DNA of 63,976 nt, the filler included, from Ministeria vibrans ATCC 50519 (taxonomy: Eukaryota; Protista; Filasterea): NCBI GenBank assembly GCA_943704425.1. It is 13 parts of 13 records of this genome, joined end to end, with 100 filler letters (N's around TTAATTAATTAA, not from the genome) between each part and the next. Parts side by side here need not be neighbours in the genome. Positions count along the whole stretch, not along the records: positions 32,913 to 39,579 come from CALSCP010000235.1; positions 39,680 to 41,004 come from CALSCP010002127.1; positions 41,105 to 42,381 come from CALSCP010001817.1; positions 42,482 to 46,567 come from CALSCP010000528.1; positions 46,668 to 51,224 come from CALSCP010001008.1; 8 more parts are not named here. One strand, given 5' to 3'. A model generated the notes under the pieces. The model ran no database searches. It was not told the DNA's origin and was given only the letters and a program-made list of their open reading frames with translations. The position numbers and the translations under genes are program-made. Position 1 is the stretch's first letter; each line of letters starts with the position of its first letter. Of this stretch, positions 35,834 through 46,932 are shown piece by piece.

Positions 35834-35845
35834 CTCGGTATCAGG

Positions 35846-35883
<38 letters not shown>

Positions 35884-37100
35884 GCGCGCGCGTTTCAAAC
35901 GAGTTTCGACTGAAAACGACTCTTTGGTAACACCAGCATTAAAAGGCTGCATAGCGGCTGCATAGCGTTATTAGACTATTTTAGACGGGGCGATAGACAA
36001 GAACCATCGAGCGATTGCCCTGCTGTTCTTGAGGAATCGTCTTGATGTGGCGACGAAAGAAAAAAAAACGGACGGAACTCACGAAGAGAATAAAACGCGT
36101 GTTTGTACTCGGAGGTAGGCGCGCGGATGGATGCTGACTATTGCCGAGTGAGTTATGGCTTACCAGTGGAAGCCGTCGACGATGTATTACGGCGGGACAT
36201 GGAAAAAGAGTGATCACTACTTCACTAGAGTGATCACTACTCTGGAGTGGAAATTGTCTAGAATCGCCTGAAACGCTCCGTGTGCGCCGGCTGAGTCTCT
36301 TCACGGAGAAGCGCCACGCGAGGACTTGTGTGGCGCTGGACGGCCATTATTGAGACGCGTCGATGGTCACCAGAGCGGATGGAGAGATACGGAAAGGTAT
36401 TGCGTGCAGTTGTTGCTCAAGCTGAGTGCTACTCAAGGTTTTCTTGCCGACGTCCTGGTGATGTTTAGGTCGGCCCGTACCCCCTCACCCCATCACCGGT
36501 CACCAAGCCCCTCATAGAGCGTCTCAGAACTTCGTCAAGCGCCTGCGCGACGAGCACCACTTCACCAACTACGCTCTCAGTGTGTTTTAGAGATGTGCAG
36601 AAAATCACACTTGCTCAGCAGTTTTCTTGCTTCTGGCGAGCTAGCAACCGCCACGAAGGATCAAGACGAGGGTGAGGAGGAGAAGCCGAACGATTGCAAG
36701 AAGTAAGCGAGATCGTTTAGCATGCAAAAACAGCCATTTTCAGGGAATTTTCAGCCATTATGCAACCTTCACAACCAACACTGTCTACACCAAATACACA
36801 AGAACCTGCCCTTGCCCCCATTCGCTGCACCCCATTTACACATTCGGGCGTGCAGAATGAACACACAAGGCATACAGCAACCTACCCCTGATGAACCCAT
36901 AGGGCAAACGGCGCCGGACGACGCCCTCTCTGGTTTGGATTCAGTTTCGTAACGCAGAAATCGACAATCAACACAACAAGAAAACACGCCCCCATCAACA
37001 CAACTCTCTCCTATGGATATACGGGGTGTGCTGGCTTATCGAGAAGGCTTATTTCCATGGATCAGGAATGAATAAAGTGTCGAATAACTCACTGTCGATC

Positions 37101-37279
37101 GATCTTCAAACCAGGCAAACCAGGCAAACCAGGCAAACCAGGCAAACCAGGCAAACTTTTGAAGCTTTCAATCAAGGAGGTGGTGAGGTGATGAAGTGGG
37201 TGGGAGGCAACTGATCTTCAAACCAGGCAAACCAGGCAAACTTTTGAAGCTTTCAATCAAGGTGGTGAGGTGATGAAGT
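37101..37279. repeat. Duplicated unit containing CAAACCAGG x5 and x2, each array bracketed by the inverted repeat CTTCAAA/TTTGAAG
   Basis: Directly visible, upstream of the helicase gene. Confidence 0.9.
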
Positions 37280-37626
37280 AGTTGGCAGGGGGTGGGTGGG
37301 TGGAGGTGGACACTGGCAAGTCCAGAGCTTGTAAGCAAAAAGTGTAGTGAGCTGGTGGAGTGGTACCCGGTCTAGTGGCAGAAGTGAGCCTTCAGCATGT
37401 CCGGGGTGTCCAAGGTGCGTCCAGGGCGTGAAAATTTTAGAGTGTCAGCAGACATCAACAAAATCACCCTGTCGGAGCTTGTGGTTCGCGATAAGGGTGG
37501 CGAGGCGTTGATGCGATACAAAGGCTGTAAATGCAGACATCTAAGTAGTGATCAATTCAATTTCCAATTCTGAATTCAGTCTTTTTCATTTTCTTTCTTT
37601 TCTTGTCTCACTTCCGGTGTCTCATA

Positions 37627-39579
37627 ATGAACTCAAGTCAGACATATGGCTCTGGCGAGTGTGAAAAGCGTCCACGTTCCGATTCAGACGGAGGTAGGGG
37701 TGCAGATGAACGACCACACAAGCGACAGTGTCTTGCAGCGCGAGCGCATGGGGGGAGCTCATCAGCGACTGACGATCCGATGAGCGCGGAATGGGGGGCG
37801 ATCAAGGAGGACCAGGCCGCCGTCCAGACCGCTCACCAGGACACGTTCGCTCGTGTGGACAGCAACTCCTCCTCGACACAGAGTGACAAAGACGACCGCG
37901 CCATTTACCTGGACGCGAGCAGCACCACAAGTCCGATGAGTGTGGGCACTGACCCCCCTTCAATGGAGAGTGACGACGACGGCCAGGCCAGTCAGCTGGA
38001 CGCAAGCAGCACCACAAGTCCGATGAGTGTGAACACTGACTTCCCTTCAACAGAGAGTGACACACACAACGACAATCACGCTCCTCACCATGGCGCAAGC
38101 AGCACCACGAGTCCGATGAGTTGCAATCCCGATCTCTCCTCATGCTCAACAGAGAGTGACAACAACGACTGGGCTCTTGCCGGTTGTGCCGAGCAGCTTG
38201 AAGCCGAGCAGCTTGAAGCCGAGAAGTTTGAAGCCGAGCAGCTTGAAGCCGAGAAGTTTGAAGCCGAGCAGCTTGAAGCCGAGAAGTTTGAAGCCGAGCA
38301 GGCAAACGCGGCAACTCCCACATCTGCAGCGAGCCCGATTGTTGCAGCACCGAGCACATCCTCACTCCCGAGTATGCGCGATGCCTTGGCCGAGTTTGAC
38401 CACAAGTTTTACGTCGTTCCACAAGGCAGCGGCACGTACGTCATGGAGCCGAACGCTTTTGACCCTGAGATGGAGACGCTATGCACACGGTACATGACTG
38501 CGGCACAGTTCAGGGAATACACAGCTCGAGTGTGGGCTCAGCCGGAGAGGGGAAAATCTGTCCAGGTTGGCACATTCTGGCTGTCCAGCCCCACTACACG
38601 CCAGCTCGACGGCGTTGTCATGGATCCGTCGCTGCCACCAGGTCTCTGTCAGAAAACCGTCATCCACAGCCAGCAGGATGCTCGCCAAATCGACGTGTTC
38701 AATACGTGGCAAGGGTTCGCCGTCAAGCCCCGCAAGGGAGACTGGAGTCTCATCGACAAACACATCCGCGAGGGCGTTGCCAATGGCAAGACGGCTACCT
38801 ACGAGTACCTTCTCAATTGGATTGCGCGACTGGTGCAAGACCCCGGTACAAAGGCAACAACTGCGCTGGTGCTCGGTGGAGAACAGGGACGTGGCAAAGG
38901 CACCTTCATCAAGGACATTGTAGGCGCCTTGTTTCATCCGGCGCATTTTGTGCAAATCATGCGCGCAGAGCAGGTGACAGGTCGCTTCAATGCGATCCTC
39001 AAAGACAAGCTGGTGGTCTTTCTCGACGAGGCGTTCTTTGCGGGGGACAAGAGCCACACCGGAGTGATCAAGACTCTCATTACCGAGACCACAATGCCAC
39101 TCGAGCCCAAAGGCAAAGATCCGTTCCTCGTCAAAAATCGCATTGCGCTGCTCATGGCCTCCAACAACGACTGGGTGGCGCCCGTCGAGCTGACGAACCG
39201 CCGCTTTTTCATGGTTCACGTGAACAACGACGCCACCCTGCTAACTCCCGAATACTTCAAGGCGCTCCACAAACAAATCAACGGCGACGGCCTCGCCGCA
39301 TTCCTGCACGCCATGCTCGAGCGAGACATTAGCGAATTTCGGATGGCCGACTTTCCACGCAAAGACGCCGAGGAGTTTGAGTGGGACAATGTGCTGCGCA
39401 CCAGCAGTGCAGAGATGCGTTTCGTGTACCAGCTCCTCAAAGACGCGGACGGCGAGGCATCCGACTGGACGGGCGAGCACTCCGTTCCGAAGAGGCAGCT
39501 CTACGACGAGTTTATCGCAAAGAGTGGCTGTCTTGTGAAGTTCAATCACGAATCGGCGGTGCACAAGAAACTGCAACAG
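37627..39579 (+). CDS. SF3 helicase of D5/phage primase-helicase type (DUF5906-like) with a low-complexity N-terminus; 3'-truncated
   Basis: FNTWQGFAVKP, YLLNWIARLVQDPG, Walker A GEQGRGKGT, Walker B VFLDEAFF, motif C LMASNN and RRFF; no introns. Confidence 0.85.
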
Positions 39580-39700
39580 NNNNNNNNNNNNNNNNNNNNN
39601 NNNNNNNNNNNNNNNNNNNNNNNTTAATTAATTAANNNNNNNNNNNNNNNNNNNNNNNNNNNNNNNNNNNNNNNNNNNNTGTACTCTTCTCTTGTGCGCA

Positions 39701-40281
39701 GTGAACTGGAGGAGCGCAATGCGAGGGAGTCAGTGATTGTGCGCGAGCTGCAGTTATTGCGTGAGGGTGAGCGAGTGCCGTCGTCGTTCTCGGAGTGGCT
39801 GTCGTGTGCGCAGAAGGAAGAGGAGAGTGGTTGTGGTGCGGTGGACCTCGGCGCGTCGTTTGAGCGACTGTCCAATGGTCGGTTCACGTGTCGAATGGTG
39901 CGACCGGCGACGGGACAGGGGTGTGACTATGCGGCATTCACAAAGAGGCGCGTGGGTGATCATTTCAGCATGTATCATGTGCTGAGTGTGTATCGCACTC
40001 GATGTGCCATCTGCTCGCAATCAGTGTCACGGGCAGGCAAACTGCGTGATCACCTGCGCCGATGCCACTCATCCGAGTTCACGAGCACCGTGTTGGCGTC
40101 CAACTGGAAGTATGTGTACAGTGAGTGTGTGCGGAGTGCGATAAAGAATTTTGTATTGAATAAAACTGAATTGGCAGGTTCATTGTTATTTTTAATTCTC
40201 CTTGAGTTAACTTTTTACTACGATAAAATAATAATAATAATAATTAATATTATTATTATTATTAGTGATGATGACAAGTGA
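39701..40281 (+). CDS. Partial C2H2 zinc-finger protein
   Basis: C..GCDY..DHFSMYH and CAICSQSVSRAGKLRDHLRRCH; both ends uncertain. Confidence 0.55.
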
Positions 40282-40520
40282 ATAATAAGCAACAATAGTT
40301 CTTATGGCGGAAGCATTGCATTATTACTCTTCATTGTATAATTATTATTAATATTATTATAATATTTTCATCTCTTTGAGTATACTTCATATAAGATTCC
40401 TATTCGATTCGATTCTCTATTATTTCAGCTCTCGATTCTCTGTTTTATGTTCTTTTTTTATTAATTTAATCTTTCTTTTATAAATAATAAAACTGATTTC
40501 TCTTCTCTCTCATTCTAATC

Positions 40521-40847
40521 ATGGACGGCATTGAAGTGGACGATTACGAAACGATCACGTCAATCGAGCAAGTTCGCACCGAGTCCCTCTGCGCTCGTCT
40601 TCTCGCTCCTCACTTCTACGGCACCGCCTCAGGCTTACCGCTCCTGGAGTCGTCTAGACAACTACACGTTAATTACTTGCGCGCCGGCCTCGCGCGTCTT
40701 CCGGCGGTATTTGCTGTGTAATGGAGAGAGAGAGAGAGAGTTTTGTCATCTTTTTTGTTTTTTTCTTCTCTGTCTTCTGCGCAGTCGTTTGCTTGTCTTG
40801 ACGCCTCACGACCCTGGCTGTGTTACTGGATCATCCACTCGCTTGCC
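40521..40847 (+). CDS. FNTB: Protein farnesyltransferase beta subunit, first two exons
   Basis: TITSIEQ, HVNYL..GL and CLDASRPWLCYWIIHSL. Confidence 0.9.
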
Positions 40848-40879
40848 GTAAGTGTGATGAATGCGGTGGAAATCAGACT

Positions 40880-41004
<125 letters not shown>

Positions 41005-41104
41005 NNNNNNNNNNNNNNNNNNNNNNNNNNNNNNNNNNNNNNNNNNNNTTAATTAATTAANNNNNNNNNNNNNNNNNNNNNNNNNNNNNNNNNNNNNNNN
41101 NNNN

Positions 41105-42381
41105 AACCGACAGCGCCAAGAGGAACGCGGCGGGTGCGCTAGCCAATCTGGCGGGCAATGACGACAACGGAGTGGCGATTGCACGCGCAGGTGCAATTGA
41201 ACCGCTGATTGCTCTGTTGCGCAATGGAACCGACAGGGCCAAAGCGAACGCGGCGAGTGCACTGTCCAACCTGGCGGGCAACGACGACAACAAAGTCACC
41301 ATTGCACGCGCAGGTGCAATTGAACCGCTGATTGCTGTGTTGCGCAATGGAACCGACAGGGACAAGGAGAAGGCGGCCGGTGCGCTAAGGAACCTGGCCA
41401 TCAACGACGACAACAAAGTCACCATTGCACGCGCAGGTGCAATTGAAACGCTGATTGCTGTGTTGCGCAATGGAACCGACAGGGCCAAGGAGGAGGCGGC
41501 GGGTGCGCTAAGGAACCTGGCCATCAACGACAACAACGTCGTGACCATTGCACGCGCAGGTGCAATTGAACCGCTGATTGCTGTGTTGCGCAGTGGAACC
41601 GACAGCGCCAAGGAGTACGCCGCTAGTGCTCTGGGGAACCTCGCTGTCAGCGACGACATCCAAGTGGCCATTGTACGCGCGGGTGCAATTAAACGACTTA
41701 TTGCTGTGTTGCTCAGTGGAGCTGACAATGCCAAGGAGCGGGCGGCGGATACGCTGAGGATTCTGGCTCGCAACGACAACAACAAAGTCACCATTGCGCG
41801 CGCAGGTGCAATTGAACCACTTATTGCTGTGTTGCGCAGTGGAACCGACAGCGCCAAGGCGAACGCGGCGGGTGCACTATCCAACCTGGCTGTCAACGAT
41901 GACAACGAGGTGACCATTGCAGGCGCAGGTGCAATTAGACCGCTGATTGCTATGTTGCACAGTGGAACCGATAGTGCGAAGGAGAAGGCGGCAGGCGCGC
42001 TGTCCAACCTGGCGGTCAACGACGACAACAAAGTCACCATTGCACGCGCAGGTGCAATCGAACCGCTGATTGTTTTGTTGCGCAGTGGAACCGACAGCGC
42101 CAAGGAGGAGGCGGCAGGTGCGCTCTCCAACCTGGCCGGCAACGATAACAATGAAGTGGACATCGCACGCGCCGGTGCAATTGCACCGCTGATTACTGTG
42201 TTGCGCAGTGGAACCGACAGCGCCAAGGAGAAGGCCGCGGGTGCACTGTGGAACCTGGCCGTCAACATTCACAACAAGGTGTTAATTGCACGCGCAGGTG
42301 CAATTGAACCGATGATTATTGTGTTGAGCAGTGGAACCGACAGCGCCAAGGAGTACGCCGCGGGCGCTCTGGCCAACTTGG
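41105..42381 (+). CDS. Armadillo-repeat protein fragment (~10 repeats of 41 aa / 123 bp)
   Basis: Repeated NKVTIARAGAIEPLIAVLRSGTDSAKEKAAGALSNLA; frame open across the whole contig. Confidence 0.9.
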
Positions 42382-42546
42382 NNNNNNNNNNNNNNNNNNN
42401 NNNNNNNNNNNNNNNNNNNNNNNNNTTAATTAATTAANNNNNNNNNNNNNNNNNNNNNNNNNNNNNNNNNNNNNNNNNNNNCGTTTTGTTTTTTTTTTTT
42501 TTTTCTTTGTTTTTTTTTCTGTATCTTATTTGTCTTTCTTTTGTAG

Positions 42547-44989
42547 AAACGAGCTGAGGAGCAAGCGCGTGCCGCGCAAAAGCTACGCGATGAAATGGCA
42601 GCCAAGGCACTGGCGGATGCACAAGCTGCTGTGGCGGCAGCCGCAGCGGATCCCAATGCACCACCGCCACCACCTGAGGTGGTGGAGTTGGTGCAGGCGG
42701 CGGAGAAACCGGCCGAGGCGGAGACAAAGAAGAAGAAGGCGGTGATTGAGGAGGAACCGCTGGACATGGTAGCGGCGATCAAACGCGCACAGGAGCGTCG
42801 TCTAAAAGGTGGCGAACAGAAAAAGAAGACCATTGACGAGTTGCTGAAGGAGAAGGAGCAGCGTGCTCAGGAGCAAAAGGATAAGCCGTCGTTTCTCAGT
42901 GAGTTCTCCCGCAAAAAGAGACACGTTCCTCCAGACGAGGTGCATGACAAAAGTAGTGCGGTCGTCTCAAGTGCTACCACCACAAGCCTCACCAGTGCGG
43001 CCTTTGGCCGCTCCGAGTCGCTCTCCGCTGTTCCTCCTCCTCCCCCGCCAAGTGGCGACTCGTCATCGTCGTCGCCATTTGCGCCGCCGCCGCCACCCCC
43101 TCCCATGGGTGCTGGTGAAGATGCGACACCCTTTGGGAATCGCATCAAGTCAAGCAACAGCGCTGTGCCGCCTCCCCCGCCGCCTGCTCCCGTCTCAACA
43201 CACGACACGCCTTTTGGGCGTCGCATCAAGCCTGCAAACATTGACCAAGATGTCAGACCTGCTGCGTCGTCGGTGCCCGAAGCGCCATCTTGGGCAAATC
43301 GCAGTCGCAACAGTGTCGATGTAGGTGGGCCACCACCACCGCCGCCTCCACCTGGGGGCGGCACGGATGGACCTCCTCCTCCTCCACCTCCACCATCAAG
43401 TGGCGGGTTCGATGGTCCACCCCCACCTCCACCTCCTCCATCAAGTGGCGGGTTCGATGGTCCACCCCCACCTCCACCTCCCCCGTCAAGTGGCGGCGGC
43501 GCTCCTCCGCCACCACCTCCTCCATCAAGTGGCGGGTTTGATGGCCCACCCCCACCCCCACCTCCCCCATCAAGTGGCGGCGGCGCTCCTCCGCCACCAC
43601 CTCCTCCATCAAGTGGTGGCCCACCCCCACCGCCACCAGCCCCCATGTTTGGTGCCCAACAGCCCTCATATATTCCCCCAGCACTCTCTTCCAACCACTC
43701 GCGCACCAACTCAAACGCCGCGCGCTCCGTCTTTAGCGACGGCGCAGACGACGACGTGCCCCCGCTTCCTGCGCCCGCCGAGGAGTCAAACACACGCCGC
43801 CGATCATCCGCTGCGCCGAAACCAGCGTGGAAGCAGGTATGAAGCGAATCACAATGGAATTGTATTTCTTGTTGTTCCAAACGTCGGTACGTACTTTCGT
43901 CGTTGTAGCACATGTTGGAGCGAAAGGACACAATAAAGGAGCAGGCACTCTCGGCCGAGAGCGAGAAGGAAAAGGCCGAAATGGCCGAAAGGCTGGCCAA
44001 GTACAGCCATTTCCCCGAGTGGAAAGCCAAAATGCTGGTTGAGAAGGAGCTGGAACAAGAGCGTGCCGAGAAAGAAGGTAAGTGAGCTCCTGTGCATGGC
44101 AGAGGCTGGGTGGATAAATTGTTAAAATTGTCATGGGTTTTGTTGTAGCCAATGCTCCGTTTGAGGGACTGCCTGGCTGGAAACAGAAGATTGCCAAGAA
44201 GAAGCTGGAGGAGAAGAAAAAGAAGGCTGAAGAGGAGGAGAAGAAGCGCGCAAAGGAACGCGAGAAGGAGGAGAAGTTTGAAAAGTTGCCCGATTGGAAG
44301 AAAAAGGTAAACAAAAATAAAACACAAAATTGCTTTAACATGGTCGCTCTATTTTGCATGGATAGATTATTCGTGGCGAAGTGGAGGTGAAGGAGGTGAA
44401 GGAGGAGGCGCCGAAGAGAGAGTCGCTGGCGGCGATTAGTCTGAAGCCAGCGGCGACGCGGAAGATCTCTGAGCGTAGCCCCAGCATGAGCGAAGGTGAT
44501 TCGAGCGCATCGCCTTTTGGCGCACCAAAGTCGTCAAAGGGCGCAGCCAATCCGTTTCAGAGCAAGTTTGCCGGTGCTAAGCCTATGAGTGATATTGAGA
44601 TGGAGGAGGCGCGCGCTCAGGCTGCTCAACAGGCGGGGGGTGTGGACACTCCAGGTGAGATGTGGAGAACAGGGAGATTTCTTACTTCTGTTGTCTGTTC
44701 TGACTTACTGGTTCTTCTTTTTCTCGATTGTGTAGAATGGAAGAAGAAGATTTTCGAAAAAAAGGAAGCGGAGATACGGGCGAAGGAAGAGGCGCGACTG
44801 GCGGCGATTGCGGCGGAAGAGGCGAGATGGGAAGGGATTCCGGCGTGGAAGCGTAAGGTGCTCGAGGCGAAGGAGGAAGAGCAGCGCAAGAAGGAGACGC
44901 CGCAACGAGAGAAGGAACGCAAGGCGAAGGAGCGGGAGGAGCAGCTCAAGCAAATGCCTGATTGGAAGGCACAGCTTGCGAAACACTGA
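42547..44989 (+). CDS. Polyproline-rich protein with seven PxWK motifs and charged helices (espin-like C-terminus); 5'-truncated
   Basis: FH1-like polyproline repeats, then PAWK, PEWK, PGWK, PDWK, P|EWK, PAWK and PDWK across in-frame GT-AG junctions. Confidence 0.65.
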
Positions 44990-45462
44990 CCCCCGAAAAA
45001 AAGAACTGGCTAATAATTTCTATAACAGACGCTTGTACTATAAGAAAAAAAAATTCAAATTTTTCTCTGATCATTTCAACATGTTTATTCACTTTTGCTC
45101 TCTCGCCACGCGCTCTCTTTTTTTTTTTTTCTCTCTCTCTCTCGTATACTCTCTTAAAAAAGAACAACACTCACTCTCGATTTTTCTTCTTTTGGACACA
45201 GGGGGAGTTGGATTTATTGTTTAGTTTTCAATCTCTTTTGCACACACACACACTCGCGAAAGGCACGGAAATACATTCTTCACAGATACCCTCGCAAGTG
45301 TCTGTTCTATAACAAAGCTCTCATAAGACACAATGGTGACACACTAAAAAGACACGCGGAAAAGAACACCACACACACACACACACACATACGTTTTTTT
45401 GTTTTTTTAAAAAAAAATGGGGGGTGACACACGCATACAGGGGCACGGATAAAAGGTAAAAT

Positions 45463-45521
<59 letters not shown>

Positions 45522-45573
45522 AAACTCTCTCTCTTTCTTTCTGTCTCTCTCTGTCTGTCTCTCTCTCTTCTCT

Positions 45574-45787
45574 CTATTGAAACTGAGAGTGGTTGCCCAG
45601 TGAGCCCTGAACGTCCTCAGCGTACTGCTGCGACTGACCAGACACAGGCTGAGCAGGTTGGGGCAAAAGTGATCCCATGCCTGGCTGACCGCCATTGGCC
45701 ATGAGGAAGTGGCCCAGTTGAGGGGTCATGCCGGCACGCTGCGATTGGGCGTACAGGTGCGCATAGGCTGCATTGTGCTGCTGTTGT

Positions 45788-45822
<35 letters not shown>

Positions 45823-46437
45823 CTGCGACGTGATAGGTTGGTAGGGCTGTTGCGATGGCTGAGGCTGCATAGGCATGCGTCCGTAGCCTGCGGGATTGGC
45901 CATGCCATGGGGGAAGTTAACGCCGCCCTGGGCAACGAGTGCAGCTGTGACCGCTGCGGGGTCCACAAGTGACAGCAACGACGGATTGCCCAGTGCCGCC
46001 AAGGTGTTCGAGTCGAGTGAGCCCAGCAAATTGATTTGCTCTGCCATTTGCGCGTTGTACAGAGCTGACACTACGTTGGGATCGGTGACGGCGGCCTGAG
46101 CAGCCACAGCGGCCGCCTTGAGCGACGCCACCTCCTCGTCAGTGCGAGAGCTGTCGGTGCGAGCCGCCTCGGCCATGTCCGCCAGATGAGCCCATTTGGG
46201 CCCGACGCTGTTCAGCTTCGCCTCAATCTTCTTGCCGTACGGTGTGTGGCGAATGAGACCCAGGTGTGGACGAATGCCTTCCGCCAAAAAGTGATACTGA
46301 CGGCCATCGGCAACACTCAGTGCCGTCTGCACCACATAGTTGCCGTAGGGGTCTTGCAAAAGCAGTACAAGACACTTGTCCTCGGTTGTCTCTTGAAGCA
46401 GCGCCTCACGCATCTCCGGTCCGGCAACGTGCAAGCA
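45574..46437 (-). CDS. Pumilio/PUF RNA-binding protein, last exon
   Basis: LLQDPYGNYVVQTAL and IRPHL..IRHTPYGKKIEAKL, then a Gln-rich tail. Confidence 0.9.
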
Positions 46438-46517
46438 CTATTAAAATGCAAAAAAAAAAAAGATTAGCAATGTTTATATTCGCTATTCTCCATTCCTCTC
46501 TCTCTCCCTCTATCACT

Positions 46518-46567
<50 letters not shown>

Positions 46568-46932
46568 NNNNNNNNNNNNNNNNNNNNNNNNNNNNNNNNN
46601 NNNNNNNNNNNTTAATTAATTAANNNNNNNNNNNNNNNNNNNNNNNNNNNNNNNNNNNNNNNNNNNNTTTTTTCTCTTTTTTTTTTTTTTTTTCTCGCGA
46701 ATTCTTTGCGCAAACGACTCCCGGCAGACGACCGCGCGGCGCCACAGGTGTCAATAGGCAACGCAGATAGTTACGCGAGGCCGCTGGTCGGGGAGATAAA
46801 CTCTGAGTCTCAGGCTGGGCTGGGGCGTTTGGGACAACAGTGATTGATTGGCTGTTTGCTGCCTCTAAATGCGTCACCGTCTCGCCATGTGGACCGCGTC
46901 CTTTCACTCACACTCAAAATAATAAACCGCAG

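Noticed and set aside
43320-43650. Formin call from the FH1-like polyproline
   Set aside because: No FH2 domain before the stop at 44989
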